Assembly: GCA_965202585.1 (NCBI GenBank)
Contig: OZ241832.1
Coordinates: 65,100,001 to 65,164,000 of the forward strand
Source of the DNA: Thalia democratica
Lineage: Eukaryota
Reading direction: 5' to 3'
Length of the DNA: 64,000 nucleotides
Position numbers and translations under genes: made by a program. The stretch's first letter is position 1; the number at the start of each line of letters is the position of its first letter. The notes under the pieces were generated by a model. It saw nothing but the letters and a program-made list of their open reading frames with translations. It was not told the DNA's origin and did no database searches. Of this stretch, positions 24,716 to 37,017 are shown piece by piece.

Positions 24716-25987
24716 GGCAAATTGTTTGTCATTATTTTAACAAGATCGCTTTATTGTTATCATTATAACATTATATAGTCTAATAATGTGGACTGAGTTC
24801 TGATCATCGTTTGGGATTCGGTGTTGGTGCCTTCGACGCTTTTGATCCTGACTGTCTATCTATCCCACCCACATCGCCCTAAACTTCTTCATTCAATTTA
24901 TATTTATTGTGTAAGCTAGTGTTTGTGGGTGCAAAAAAAATTATCTTTTACTTGACAGCTTCTTTAGTTGAAAAGTTAAACATTACCTCAATGCAAAGTT
25001 GCATTATTGTGTTGCTTACTTGCAAACTTGTTTTTCGACAAACTTGCAATGCATTGCAATTGAATTTTTAAAAACTGAATCTGAATATAAATTTTACTTG
25101 AATGCTTGCGTTTGTAAAAGACGTCAGAATACCATGCCTTTGTTGATGAGAGCTTTACTTCAGTAATTTTCATTGAAAAACTTATAACATCAAAAGAATT
25201 AGACACAAAAGTGATTTAAAGGTATCACATTAGACCAGTAAAAAATAGCTTTTGTTAATATTAAATAGATATGTACTTTTTTATAAAAGCAAGTATTTTT
25301 AAGCTTAGTTTCTATATTTGTTAAACATTTTCAATAATTCATACTTCTATATCATTCAAATCATGTTTATCAAAATTAAATAATATCCATGAGAGTCTAC
25401 TAATTGAAACTTAAACGCTTTAGTTTATTACTTGTAAAAATAAATAAAAAGTAGTGCATTTTCCTTTTTTAATTTAACCCTAACATAAAACTTTTTGTTA
25501 CTTAATTGGCTTAAAACGTCTGTATAAGTCGTTATCATTAAAAAAAAGTTGTTTATTCATTCTTTAAGTTATTTTTGTATTTTTTTATTAAAAATATTTA
25601 ACAAAACTTAGATATACTTGTAAAGTATATGATACTAAATGTTAACAAAAAGTAATTTTACTGGTTTAATCTAATAACTTTGAATCACAGCAGTGTCTAA
25701 TTCTAAATATGTTATGAAGTTACTAAATTAAAATGATGACAAAATATAAACTTCTTTTTATTTATAAGAAACTTTATTATTACTCAAGCAATTTTTTTTA
25801 GAAACTTTAAGTAATATTTTATGTTAATTTATAATTAACTTACAACTGTTGTTTTTTATGAGTTTGTTATTAAAAATGTTTCAATAAAAAACAGAAACCA
25901 AACTTAAAAAATAATTATTTTTATATAAAAATACGTTTTTACAAAATGTTAACAAAAATTTTCTTTTACTGATTTACTGCAATAACT

Positions 25988-26135
25988 TTGAGCACCTTGT
26001 TTAGGTATTAATTTCATTGTTATATATATATATAATTAGTTAACTTTAATATTTGTTTGTTACGTCACTATAGGATGTACATAAATACAATGAACGTAAC
26101 TGCTTAATTTAATTTTACACATTATGTTAATTTTT
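25988..26135 (-). repeat. Inverted copy of the TGACGTAA element
   Basis: The reverse complement reads ...ttcattgtatttatgtacatcctatagtgacgtaacaaacaaat...tatatatat...caaggtgctc, matching 24530-24665 and 61090-61215. Confidence 0.75.
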
Positions 26136-29100
26136 TCAAAAAAAGTATCTAGGTATATAAGATAATTCTATTCTCACTATACAAATTTTAAAGCTTAAAT
26201 TTTTTAAATACTCTTCTAATCTGTAGTTAAAAACGTTTAATTTTTCAATAAAGTTAAACTTACTAAAGTAATGTTTTTAATTGTCAAAACTTAATACTTA
26301 AACAAATTTTATGTAAATTTACTTATTAAAACGTTTGAAAAAAAATGTGTTAATGCTTTTATTTCAGTTTTTCATTAATATATAACTAGTTAAATGATGC
26401 TTTGTAGATAAGTTAAAATAAAGTCTACTGAAAATTTTTGAAAATTCTTCAATATTTATTAAAAATCAAGCAAGTATTTATAGCTGCTTTAAAAAGTCAT
26501 CGTCCGTGATAATGTTATTAAAATAATATTTTTAAACATGTTACATATCATTTTTATTAAGACATGTTAAGTTTGGAAACCTTTCATAAAACCTAGGATA
26601 AGTTTTCAAAGCCAGTGGTCACACTGTCAAAACACTATTATTTTCATTTTAAATAGTATTTTTAAGATAAACAAGTATCAGCGTATTTTGTTCACCCTTA
26701 ATCTATAACCTTAAATCACTAAACATTCACTTTAAAACAAACGATGCTAAACAGTAAAACTTTCAGTTTCATTTTTATGGCACCGACTTGTTTTTGTAGA
26801 TTTAGTTCGTTAACTAGAAATTTTTTTATAACCCCAAGTGTTCAGTCAGGTTTTCCTGATACCAACTTAATATTATTTAAGTTTTGCAAAAGTTTTTCTT
26901 CACCACCTTCTTGTTTGTTATAAGTTGAACAAAAATTGTAATAAAAATTAATAACTGCAAATATTGCCATATCCATTACTAACAACATTACGTAATTGTT
27001 ATTTGCATTTAACTTTTTATTGATTTTCACATTAATTACAAATAAACTGTTAAATAAACTAGCAAAAATTAAGCTTAAGTTTCAATAACAACTAAAAAGT
27101 ACTATAAAATGTTTTTAATCACATGTTTAAGTACGTATACCACTCTAAAAACACTTATAACATAATAAATAAGTGAAAATTGTTTCAAAAAAGATAAAAA
27201 CTTACATATTTTACAACAAATCCTTCAAAAATAACAACAATAGAACAATATTCAACATCTGCCAAACAGTAAATATTAACTTTGATAAGTGAGATAAATT
27301 ACTTAATCGAAAACTTAACAACTGTATTTTCTAAACAGGACATAAATAGTAATAAAAACTATTAATATTCAATTCACTAAAGTTAGCAATAAAAAAGTAA
27401 TAAACATGTGCAAAACTCTAAAAGTAATTAACAAGTTACCAAAAATTTTTTTTTTGTTAAAAACAAACTTTAATTTTTCAGTATACAGACTAATTTGTCG
27501 CTTACGCACTACTAATCTTACAATCTAGCTCAAAATAAACTTTTTTGTTATACCAAACAGAAACTTGATTGTTTATTTACAAACTGATACATGTAGCTTC
27601 TTATCTAACACATACTATGACGTAGGTTAATTACGTGTTTAATATCCGCTTCTATAATAAACCTAAAAACAATATAAACCAATATAATAGTTTTAGTGTT
27701 AAGTGGTGTTATTAATATATGTAAGGTGTTTGTCAAGCTTTAAATACAAACTAGCTTATTCGAACCTTTTTCGTTAAATTCTAATGAAAGTTAAACTAAA
27801 ATTAGAACTAAAACAATTAAAATGAAGGTAAAAATTTTGAAACAGTATATGATATAAATGTTTAGTGCTATTTAGGCTTAAAACAAAAAAATGTCATTTT
27901 AACAAAGTTAAGCCTAAACCAAACAGTCCTTAAACTGTTAAAGTAAGTATTTAGAATACTTTTTTATTTAGCTCTCATAATTTTACCATTTTATTGCTAT
28001 TTGTTTAGTGTTAACACAAATACTATGCTAAAATATTTGCGAGCCATGATAAAACTTATTGTCGAAGAAAAATGATTTCGTATATCAATTGTTTTTATAA
28101 AGAATTTCTGACTACATAAACTGAATACACTTGGTCTTATGATGCAAATCTTTTACAAATTAAATTTTTAAAATGAGAAACACTTTTACAAATATTATAG
28201 CTTTATATGAGTACTTATTTAAAAGTATGAGTTTTATTAAAATATCTTAAATAGTACTTAGTAGTATAACTTACCTAATTTAATTTACAGTTAATATTCG
28301 ATTGTTTGCACAATTAATACTAATATTCTAGTTTTAATACTCTATGTCTTTTTTTTTTCTTTCGAATTTTGATATACATTTTATATACATAACTTAGAAA
28401 AAGAAACTTAATAACTATAAAAGAACATTTTTTCTATAAAAAAATTTTAAGTAGATTTTTTAAAACAACTAACAACTTTTAGTGTTAGAAGTATATAAAA
28501 ACAATCAAGTAAAGAAAGTTTAGACTTCAAAGCGTTGTTTAGTTTCTTTGTATAAATTAATTTTCTTCAGTCACTGTGTCGTTTAGTTTAAATTTTGAAA
28601 GGAATAACATTTTTGTATACAAACAACTTTTTACCTTTTTTTTTTCTAAACTCTGACGTTCAAGAATATAATTTTAGCATTAATTATTTTTTAATTTAAC
28701 GAAAATTTGAATAACTTATTTAGTTTTAAACTAAATTATTTTTTATATAACGTATATATGCACAACTACCAAATTCAATCTAACACTTAAAGTTCAGTTA
28801 ACATTTTAACTAAACTACTTCATTTAAAAATTAAACATCAATGATTTAACAATATTTTAGATTTCTACAGCTCAAACAAAAAGAAAAAAAGTGTTTTAAA
28901 AACTAGTCTACACTTGCTTGAATTTTAAATAATGACATAAGTATTATTTTTAAATATAAGAACTTCTACTACCTTCTAATATAGCCTTTACAAACTGCTT
29001 TATATTAACATATTTTTACAGTTATGACCTATTAAAAATTATGATTATTACAAAACTAATTTTCTATTCAAGTAATACTTTTTTATAATTATAGTCATAA

Positions 29101-32100
29101 AGTTATAATTTTAAAGCTGTTTTAAATACAGTTATGAAACTTTTACTTTCTTTAAGTAAATATAAGTAGTTTTAAAGCAATTTAAAGCACATAAGTCATA
29201 TGACTTACTTTCATTAATAAAAAAACATTCAAAAACAAACAAAGATTTACAATATCTTTTCAAAATAACTGTAAAACTTTGCTTGTTACAAAAAAGAAAC
29301 AAATTAACTTCAACTGTATAACTCAATAACAACATTTATAGTTACTGCTTAAAGAAAACTAGCAACCTAATGTTATTACAAAAAGTAGACTATTAAAATT
29401 GAAAAAAAAAAACTAATTAACTGGTTTTACAATTTACACTTCTAATTTGAAATACAGTTATTGTTTTAGTTGTAAAATGTAAGTATACCTACATTTAAAA
29501 AATTATACTTAATTACTATAACACATAAACATTTACAATTTAGTGCATACTGCATACTGTTTAAATTGATTCATTTGTTTTTGTTTTAACATCTATTTCA
29601 TTCTATAACGGTACAAACTCAATTTTTTTTTATTTTTAGTTTGATATATTCAACTTTAAAAATTTATAGTTCTTATTTTAAAACTGCTAAATCCGTTTTC
29701 TAATTCTTAAAATTTTTCTGTCGAATTCATATATAAAAAAATGTTTAGAAGGAATTTTTTCTAAAGGATTTTGTAATGGTAAATTGCTTTAGTAAAATTA
29801 CAAAAATCTTGAAAGAATAAACATAAAAAATGCTAATGATACTATCAATACTCTCTGTAAACAAAATAATATTAAAAAAAATTATACTTTTTTAAACTTG
29901 TTTTCATCATAAATATAGAAAAATGTCATTAATTTTTCATTTATTAATTGATTTAAATTATTAAAAGAAGTCTTTATTTTTTGGTACTTTAAAAATACTT
30001 ACTAAATTTATGTATGTACCTTAAAGTAAAAGAAATTACTGATTGAAAAATAAATAAATCACTTATAAAATAAATTAAAAATACTTCAAATTTAACAAAA
30101 TTAGAGAATTTGTTGTAACTTTCAAAAATATTTGAAAAAATGTTAAGTATTTACAGCTATATCTGCTACTACTAATAATGTTTTTTCAATTAAAAAAATA
30201 CGTCAATAATATATAGAATTATTTAATAAGCTAATTTTGCTCACTTCCTCAAAATTATGTAAATCATAATAAATGTTTAGATTTATTTTTGTAACAGACT
30301 GAAATAAAACTATCAGATATTAGTTTTGTTTGTTTATCGAAAACTTAAACAAAAGTTTCGAAGACTTTGGAAAGTAATAAATATTTCTACAAGTAAAAAA
30401 AATTCAAAAGCTATTTCAAATCTTTAAATTACAAATGTTATTTTATTTTTGTATAGTTGTAAAATAAAGTGTTTTTTATTTATACAAATAATATAAAAAA
30501 TTAAAAATTACATCAAAATAAGATTTTACATTCTAAATAATAGATAATTCGTATATTGTTTATTGAACGACAAAATAACGCTCAAAAAGTTTGGTCCAAC
30601 GACCTGGTGCACAAAAAAAAACCTTTCGGTTATCGAGTCATACACCAAAACAGTTTAATGTCATGTCCAGGAACATACTTTTTATCAAGAAGTTTAAAAA
30701 AATATTAAAACTTCTAGAGTATTAGTGTTAAGTAATTTTTAATTAAAAATTAAACATCAGTAAAGGAAACAACTAAAATCAAAGTAAGAAGGTAAAAAAA
30801 AAAATGTCTAAGAAGCAAACTTTTATTGGAAGTATATTATTTTATTTATTTACTATAGAAATTATATCTTCATGGTATTTAACTTATTGAAAAATTATAA
30901 ACTTAAGAGTTTGTTTTTTGAAATTTAACTTGTAAGTGGTTGAAATTTCTAAGCCTTAGTAATAAAGCTCAAACATTTTATATTAAAAAAGAACAGGCTA
31001 TTTATTGAAGAACTAACTATAGACTTAGCTTAGTTTTACAAAAAGTTTTAATCTTTTGCTATTTTAACTTTTATGTTATTTTTGGTAAAAAAATATTTTG
31101 CTTTAATTTTTTTTTAATTTCGATCAAACAGGTATATTTTTATTAGTTTATTAAACGACAACAAATACGCTCAAAATATTAAATATTTTCTCTTAAGACT
31201 TGGTGAACCTTTCAGTTTTCGAGTTCGTTTCACCTCCTGGACTGGATACCTTTTAACGTCTTGTCAGAACAACAATAAATTGAATTTATAATTTAAACTA
31301 TTTATTTGAATAAGAAGTCAAACTTTCTATTTAGATAAAACTTTATTATTAACTGATGATCTATACTTTTGAGTGAAACATTGTTTGGAAAACAAAATAT
31401 TAAAATATTGATAGTCAAACAAATGTTATAAATAGAGTTTACACACTTTTTAACAAAACAGAAAAGTTTTTAGGGCATATTCTAACTCTGTAAAGAAAAA
31501 GATCATAACTTTTTTTCTAAAATCTGTTCAACTTTTTTGTCATATAGAGAATAAAATGAAAACATAATTAAAATAATATTTTCTACTATATGATTTTAAA
31601 ATATGTAATATAATTAGCTGTTTTGTGTAATACGTGGTAAAAAATGTATAATAATCTTTTAAACTATTTTAGTGATTATTCTAAAACTATAGCTTTAAGA
31701 TGCTTTTTTACTAGTTAAAGTGTTACGGATGTTTCGTATCGAGTTTATTACTTTTAAAAGTATGCTAGATTTTTAGTGTTATTTTGGTTTCTTATAACCA
31801 TTTTAAAGAAAATAAAAACAATATAACATGCTTTTTTAATGTTATAAGGTAGTATTTTAACACTTTATATAAATTTAGTAACTACTTAATTAAATTACTT
31901 ATAATTATTAAAATAATGAAACAAAATATTCAGTTTTAGTTTAAAGTTGGTCTGAAAACATTACTTTATGGGAAATAAAATTAATGTTATTTTTAATATA
32001 CCCAAAACGATTATAATCGTTAAGTTAATTTCTACATGTTTGAATTGATTAGATGTTCTAACAGTTATATTATTTAGGTTTATTTAAAAGTTAACTCTAA

Positions 32101-32153
32101 ACTATTTTCAAAAATATTTTAAACAAACTTAACTTTTTTTTTTCTTTTTTTAG

Positions 32154-32198
32154 ATCTGAGCAAGGTCTTCAAAGACTGTGAAAAATGTTCTACCATTG
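32154..32198 (+). other. Candidate 45-nt exon (copy B)
   Basis: Polypyrimidine tract plus AG ... GTAATA; exon identical to 1148-1192. Confidence 0.35.
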
Positions 32199-34774
32199 GT
32201 AATATGCTTTAAGTTTCAACAAAATACTTTGTTTCGGTCGATTTAAGTAATGTTTTCATAAAAAAATCTCAATTTTTTGTAATTTACTACAGTTCTTAAA
32301 ATTTCAATCTCGTTTAAAATAGTTATAGAAACTAATCGTTGTTACTAGCTTATGGTAGCATATCATTAACGTTTTGTTAAGTGAAAAAAAATTCAAACCA
32401 GAATTTTCTAGAAGAACTTTATAAAAACACCAGTTTGTATATCGAGAATTAATTCTTTTGGCAGCATTAAGGTTCAGAGGTTAAATTCTTTCAATTACTC
32501 TTTAAAATGAAATAAGTTAGTCTGCCATAGATTGAAGGAATCAAAGTCCACTTACCACACACATGGATATTAATGTTTTGGATCACAGTCATTGTAAGTC
32601 AAAATATGTATGAAACTTATTGCTGTTATAAAAATTAAAGTTTTTGTTCATCAATAAAAGTTCAAAATGTTTAGAATTGTTTTCTAATTTGAAATTAAAT
32701 TGTTATCATAATGATCTTCAAAGACTTTTTTCCAGAAATATTTAAACACATTTAAAATCTGTGATAAAGTATTTTTATGTTTTTAATAATTTTACTAAAA
32801 AATGTCTAAAAAAGTTTAACACAGTAGAAATTAAAATAACTCAAATTAAATTCTATTTCTGGTAAAATATTATTGAGGTCATGATTAAAAAGTAAGAAAT
32901 ATAATATATTAAGCAACTGAAACCCATTTTGACAGAATTAAATATTAATTATTTTACTATTTTCAAGCACATATGACTGGTGTCTTTAAATAGTTAACCT
33001 TCATAAGGTTTTACTCAAATTTACAATTTATAAGTAAAGTTGAAATGTCATATTTGAAATGTTATATTTTCCACTCATCTAATATATTTTATTGCAAATA
33101 ACAGTAAAACAAAAATTTAGTTAGTAATACTGGTTATAGTTTTAGCTTTTTTGTAAACTTATACAATTATCTGTATCATGTGTTACAATCATATTTCAAG
33201 AATTTTTTTTGATGAATTTGAAATATATAAATATTATCTTGTAACAAAATTCAAAAATTTAAACACAATACGACAAAGTCAAACAAAATGAAGGTCCAAT
33301 TATAAACTGGGTATCCATGTCAAATTCCAATTTGTTGTCAAAGCTACAAATTTGATTGTTGATATTACTATTAATATTACTATACTTTGATTATTATGCA
33401 TTGTCATTGAGGTGGATTGAGCTCTTCAACGTCATAATCTTACCTACTGCAGGTGGATTGGAGTCTTTTTCAACAATTTTGAAGAATTCAATATACATCT
33501 TTGGGCCATTGCCTGCCCTTTTTCATTTTATACATCTTAAAGCATTAAAAATGCTGATTTTAAAGTTAGCATTTGTATGCTAATGTACCTAAGAGCTACC
33601 TCTAAAAAATATTCTGTTATTCATTTCATAAATAAACATAATTTTGAATGTGTGCTATTTAAATTAATTACTAGGAAGACAATTATAATTTTTAATGCTA
33701 AGCAAAGTAGCTCATGTGGTCTCACCAACAAAAAGTGAATAAGATCTGAGCTAATTTATTTAAATTAATTGATCTTTGTATTTTGGTATGATGAAATTTT
33801 TTACTACTACAGTACATTTTATTCCTGAATTATGGAAATATTTTTGCCTTACACAGTGTTTCAAGCATCTAATAAGACATTAACATTGTGAAATTTTACT
33901 ATGCATGTCAAGATGCAAGACAATTTATACTTTTTTTTTGATGTTGTGTAACTTAAACTGCTGTTACAGAAGTAAAACAATCTCTTATAAACTAATAGCC
34001 AAAATGTTAGTTTGTACAAAATAGACTCTTAAAGTTTATTAAGTGTAATTATTTTCCCACAGTTACATACAAGTTCTTCTGTTTTATCAGAATTGAAGAA
34101 TAACTCCTTGTCAATTTAGTTTAATAGATTATTAACAATGTAAAATCTGAAAAGAAAACAAGTATAAACATAAACACTAAAATGAGCTATAGTCTAATTA
34201 TCCTACAAGAATATTGAATTCTGCAACTAGAATCTATTTACTTCTGACAAAATAAGTTGTGAAAAAACCAATATATTTTTTTTGTGAAAATGTTGGTGAT
34301 CTTCATTATCTTTTAAATTTGTATCATCATGAGGCTTTCTGTGAAACCATTTGGCTTAATAAATTATGTGAATTTTAATCTCAAGAGTAATTTTCATTTC
34401 TAACAAAAATACTGCTTTATCTATCAGTGTTTTTTTTTGGGTAACCTGTTTCTGATAACTTTTAACTTTTATACACCAAATACAGTTTATATATATTTCA
34501 CTTTAATTTGGGTAAAGTTACCCATTTCAATCTAAATTTGTTTCTTTTTATACTTTCTTCAAATGCCAAATATCTATATATAAGTTTTGTGTTTACTTAT
34601 AAACAGAAATCTTAGACTTTCAATCAATTTATAGCTTATTTTACTGCAAATAAAAACCTTGTTATCCTTTAGTTTAGATGCATTTTACTTATTAAATTTA
34701 TTGTTTCCAGAGAAACTTTTTCACATTGTATTTAAAGCTGTAGCAGTACACATGAGACTCTAAATTAAAAAAAA

Positions 34775-35295
34775 CCTCTTTTTTATTAAATATTTTAAAT
34801 CTCCCCACATCCTTTCAACCTTCTGGGTATGAACCCAAATGTTAAGAGGGTGTACAAAACCTACCGCATAATTAACTTTAAAATGAAAAATTTATTTAAA
34901 TTACGCTTATTCTAGAAATTAAGCTATTTCTTTTTATTTTTCTATTGAAGACAATTAGATTGTTAATATTATTACACAAAGCTTATATTTAAATATTATT
35001 TGAACTAATAGAGTATTAAAACTATACAACCTCAATTTAAGGTTTGGTGCCCTAGGATATAAATATGAATTTAAGGTTGCAAATATTCAGCTAACTATAG
35101 AAACGTCATTACTACTAAGTAAATTTTCTATATTGTTATTGGCCACAGCTGTCTGATATAATAGTAGTGCTCAATATATTTAATAATTACTGGCTCCAAC
35201 GTCTCCCTATCTGTCCTTCCCTCCATTCCCAAACTATTTATAAAACGTTTACTGCTACAACAATCCATACCGCCAAATACCCAGTGATGGGTCCT
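34775..35295 (-). mobile_element. Merlin transposase fragments (copy B)
   Basis: ORF 35128-35349 contains HHWVFGGMD...DRETLEPVIIKYIE. HTQKVERMWGDLK lies near 34800. Confidence 0.8.
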
Positions 35296-35588
35296 TATAA
35301 GTGTTTTAAATGGGTTACTTTTGCAAGGTGATATTTTTGCACTGAACATAACTTTTGCATGCAGGTTGGTTAAATGTTTCTAGGTAGTACCAAATCTGTA
35401 ACAAAAAAATTTAAGTTTTGAAAACTGAAAAACATATAAATTATTATAACTATAAACTAACTTGCAGTGACTTTTAGTACACCTATAGTTTTTTATTCCC
35501 TGAAGGATTGGTCTTATTATATGTAAGAGGGTGCCCTTCGAATACTATTTTGTTGTGTTTGCCTACACAAGGTACTTCAGTAGAGTGT

Positions 35589-35849
35589 TTACTCTATAAT
35601 TCTTTTGTCGCTTTTAAACTTTGAGAAAAAATACCTCAATTTATTAATGTTATCTTCAACCTTCCACGCCTCTTCTAATTCTAGATCGCCGACTTCTTCT
35701 GCGTTAAATCCGGTAAAGAAACTAACACTGGAAATCTTACCACCATAAAAAAGCTGATCCGCTGACAGTCGACGACTCTCACTTTTTGTCTGAATCATTC
35801 TAATGATATTAAACATAGTTGGATCATTAGTATTATTCTCCATAATCAA
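35589..35849 (-). CDS. 86-aa ORF of unknown function inside a 422-bp insert (tandem unit 1); probably a captured gene/transposase fragment
   Basis: From the ORF track. The last residues and the stop codon come from the insertion target, so it is unlikely to be a complete gene. Confidence 0.25.
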   Translation of the reverse strand: MIMENNTNDPTMFNIIRMIQTKSESRRLSADQLFYGGKISSVSFFTGFNAEEVGDLELEEAWKVEDNINKLRYFFSKFKSDKRIIE

Positions 35850-36756
35850 ATTTAAACAAAATGTTCTGGCAATTAATCACCGTTCTTTTTGTCTTCTTTG
35901 ATCAAATTTAAATAAATTATTCTAACAATCAATTTATTATCTTTAACTCTTTAGTCAAATTCAAATGCGAAGCTATCTAACAATTATTTTATTTGGCTCC
36001 AATGAATACTTTTTTAAATAAAAGAGAAAACACTGAAATTTTTAATATATTATAATTTTTTGAATGAATCATGTTGTGGTAAAAACTTTGTTGATCCCAT
36101 TTCAATTGGATCCTTGTTCAGTCAAACTTGATTGTTGAAAGCAGGTTTTCATCAGATGTGTGTTTGTGTTGTTTAAAAAAATTTTCTTCTGTTGTTTCAA
36201 AATTTTCCATAACTGAAACCAAACTTTCATCATTAGAATCTACTTTCAATGACTAGTAATTTTTACAATAGAATATAAATTCTAATTATTCACTTTTATA
36301 AATTCAAATGTTTCTCAGGTATATGTTCAATTTTTTAAGAGCTTCATACTTTCTTTTTATCTCTTTTGCCTTATAAAAATTAAGCATACATTTTTTGATA
36401 TTAGGATCTAATACCAAATGATTTCTCTTTATTACTTGACATCCTAATTTTTTTGATGTTTCTCAGGTACATAGGTAATTGTTTTATAACAGTTTTATAC
36501 TCTGTGGTTATTCATTACTTAAAAAAGCTTTATTAATGACATTTAGAAAATCAGCAGTACTATGGCTTAAAATCATGTTTTAATATACAATATTCTTTAA
36601 GCTTGTTTAAGACTTACTTTTCATGTTTCCAAAATACTTTTAGTACACCTATAGTTTTTTTTTTCCCCTGAATGATTGGTCTTATTATATGTAAGAGGGT
36701 GCCCTTCGAATACTATTTTGTTGTGTTTGCCTACACAAGGTACTTCAGTAGAGTGT

Positions 36757-37017
36757 TTACTCTATAATTCTTTTGTCGCTTTTAAACTTTGAGAAAAAAT
36801 ACGTCAATTTATTAATGTTATCTTCAACCTTCCACGCCTCTTCTAATTCTAGATCGCCGACTTCTTCTGCGTTAAATCCGGTAAAGAAACTAACACTGGA
36901 AATCTTACCACCATAAAAAAGCTGATCCGCTGACAGTCGACGACTCTCACTTTTTGTCTGAATCATTCTAATGATATTAAACATAGTTGGATCATTAGTA
37001 TTATTCTCCATAATCAA
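36757..37017 (-). CDS. 86-aa ORF, tandem unit 2
   Basis: Near-identical copy. Confidence 0.25.
   Translation of the reverse strand: MIMENNTNDPTMFNIIRMIQTKSESRRLSADQLFYGGKISSVSFFTGFNAEEVGDLELEEAWKVEDNINKLTYFFSKFKSDKRIIE

Larger units (their letters stand above)
23030..31013. other. AT-rich spacer of unit A with no recognisable coding fragments
   Basis: No recognisable TE protein motifs. 23680-26000 is paralogous to ~60420-62560. Confidence 0.7.
31014..36060. repeat. Segmental duplication, copy B (paralog of 1-5160)
   Basis: Near-identical to the window start. Lacks the 3156-3611 insert. Confidence 0.95.

Noticed and set aside
24988-25206. 72-aa minus-strand ORF in the spacer as a real gene
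   Set aside because: The paralog at ~61550-61790 has an 11-nt insertion and stops, and no protein family is recognised.
1-36060. A/B duplication as a pure assembly artefact
   Set aside because: The copies differ by scattered substitutions and structured indels, and other blocks are much more diverged. Haplotype concatenation is unlikely but needs read-level exclusion.
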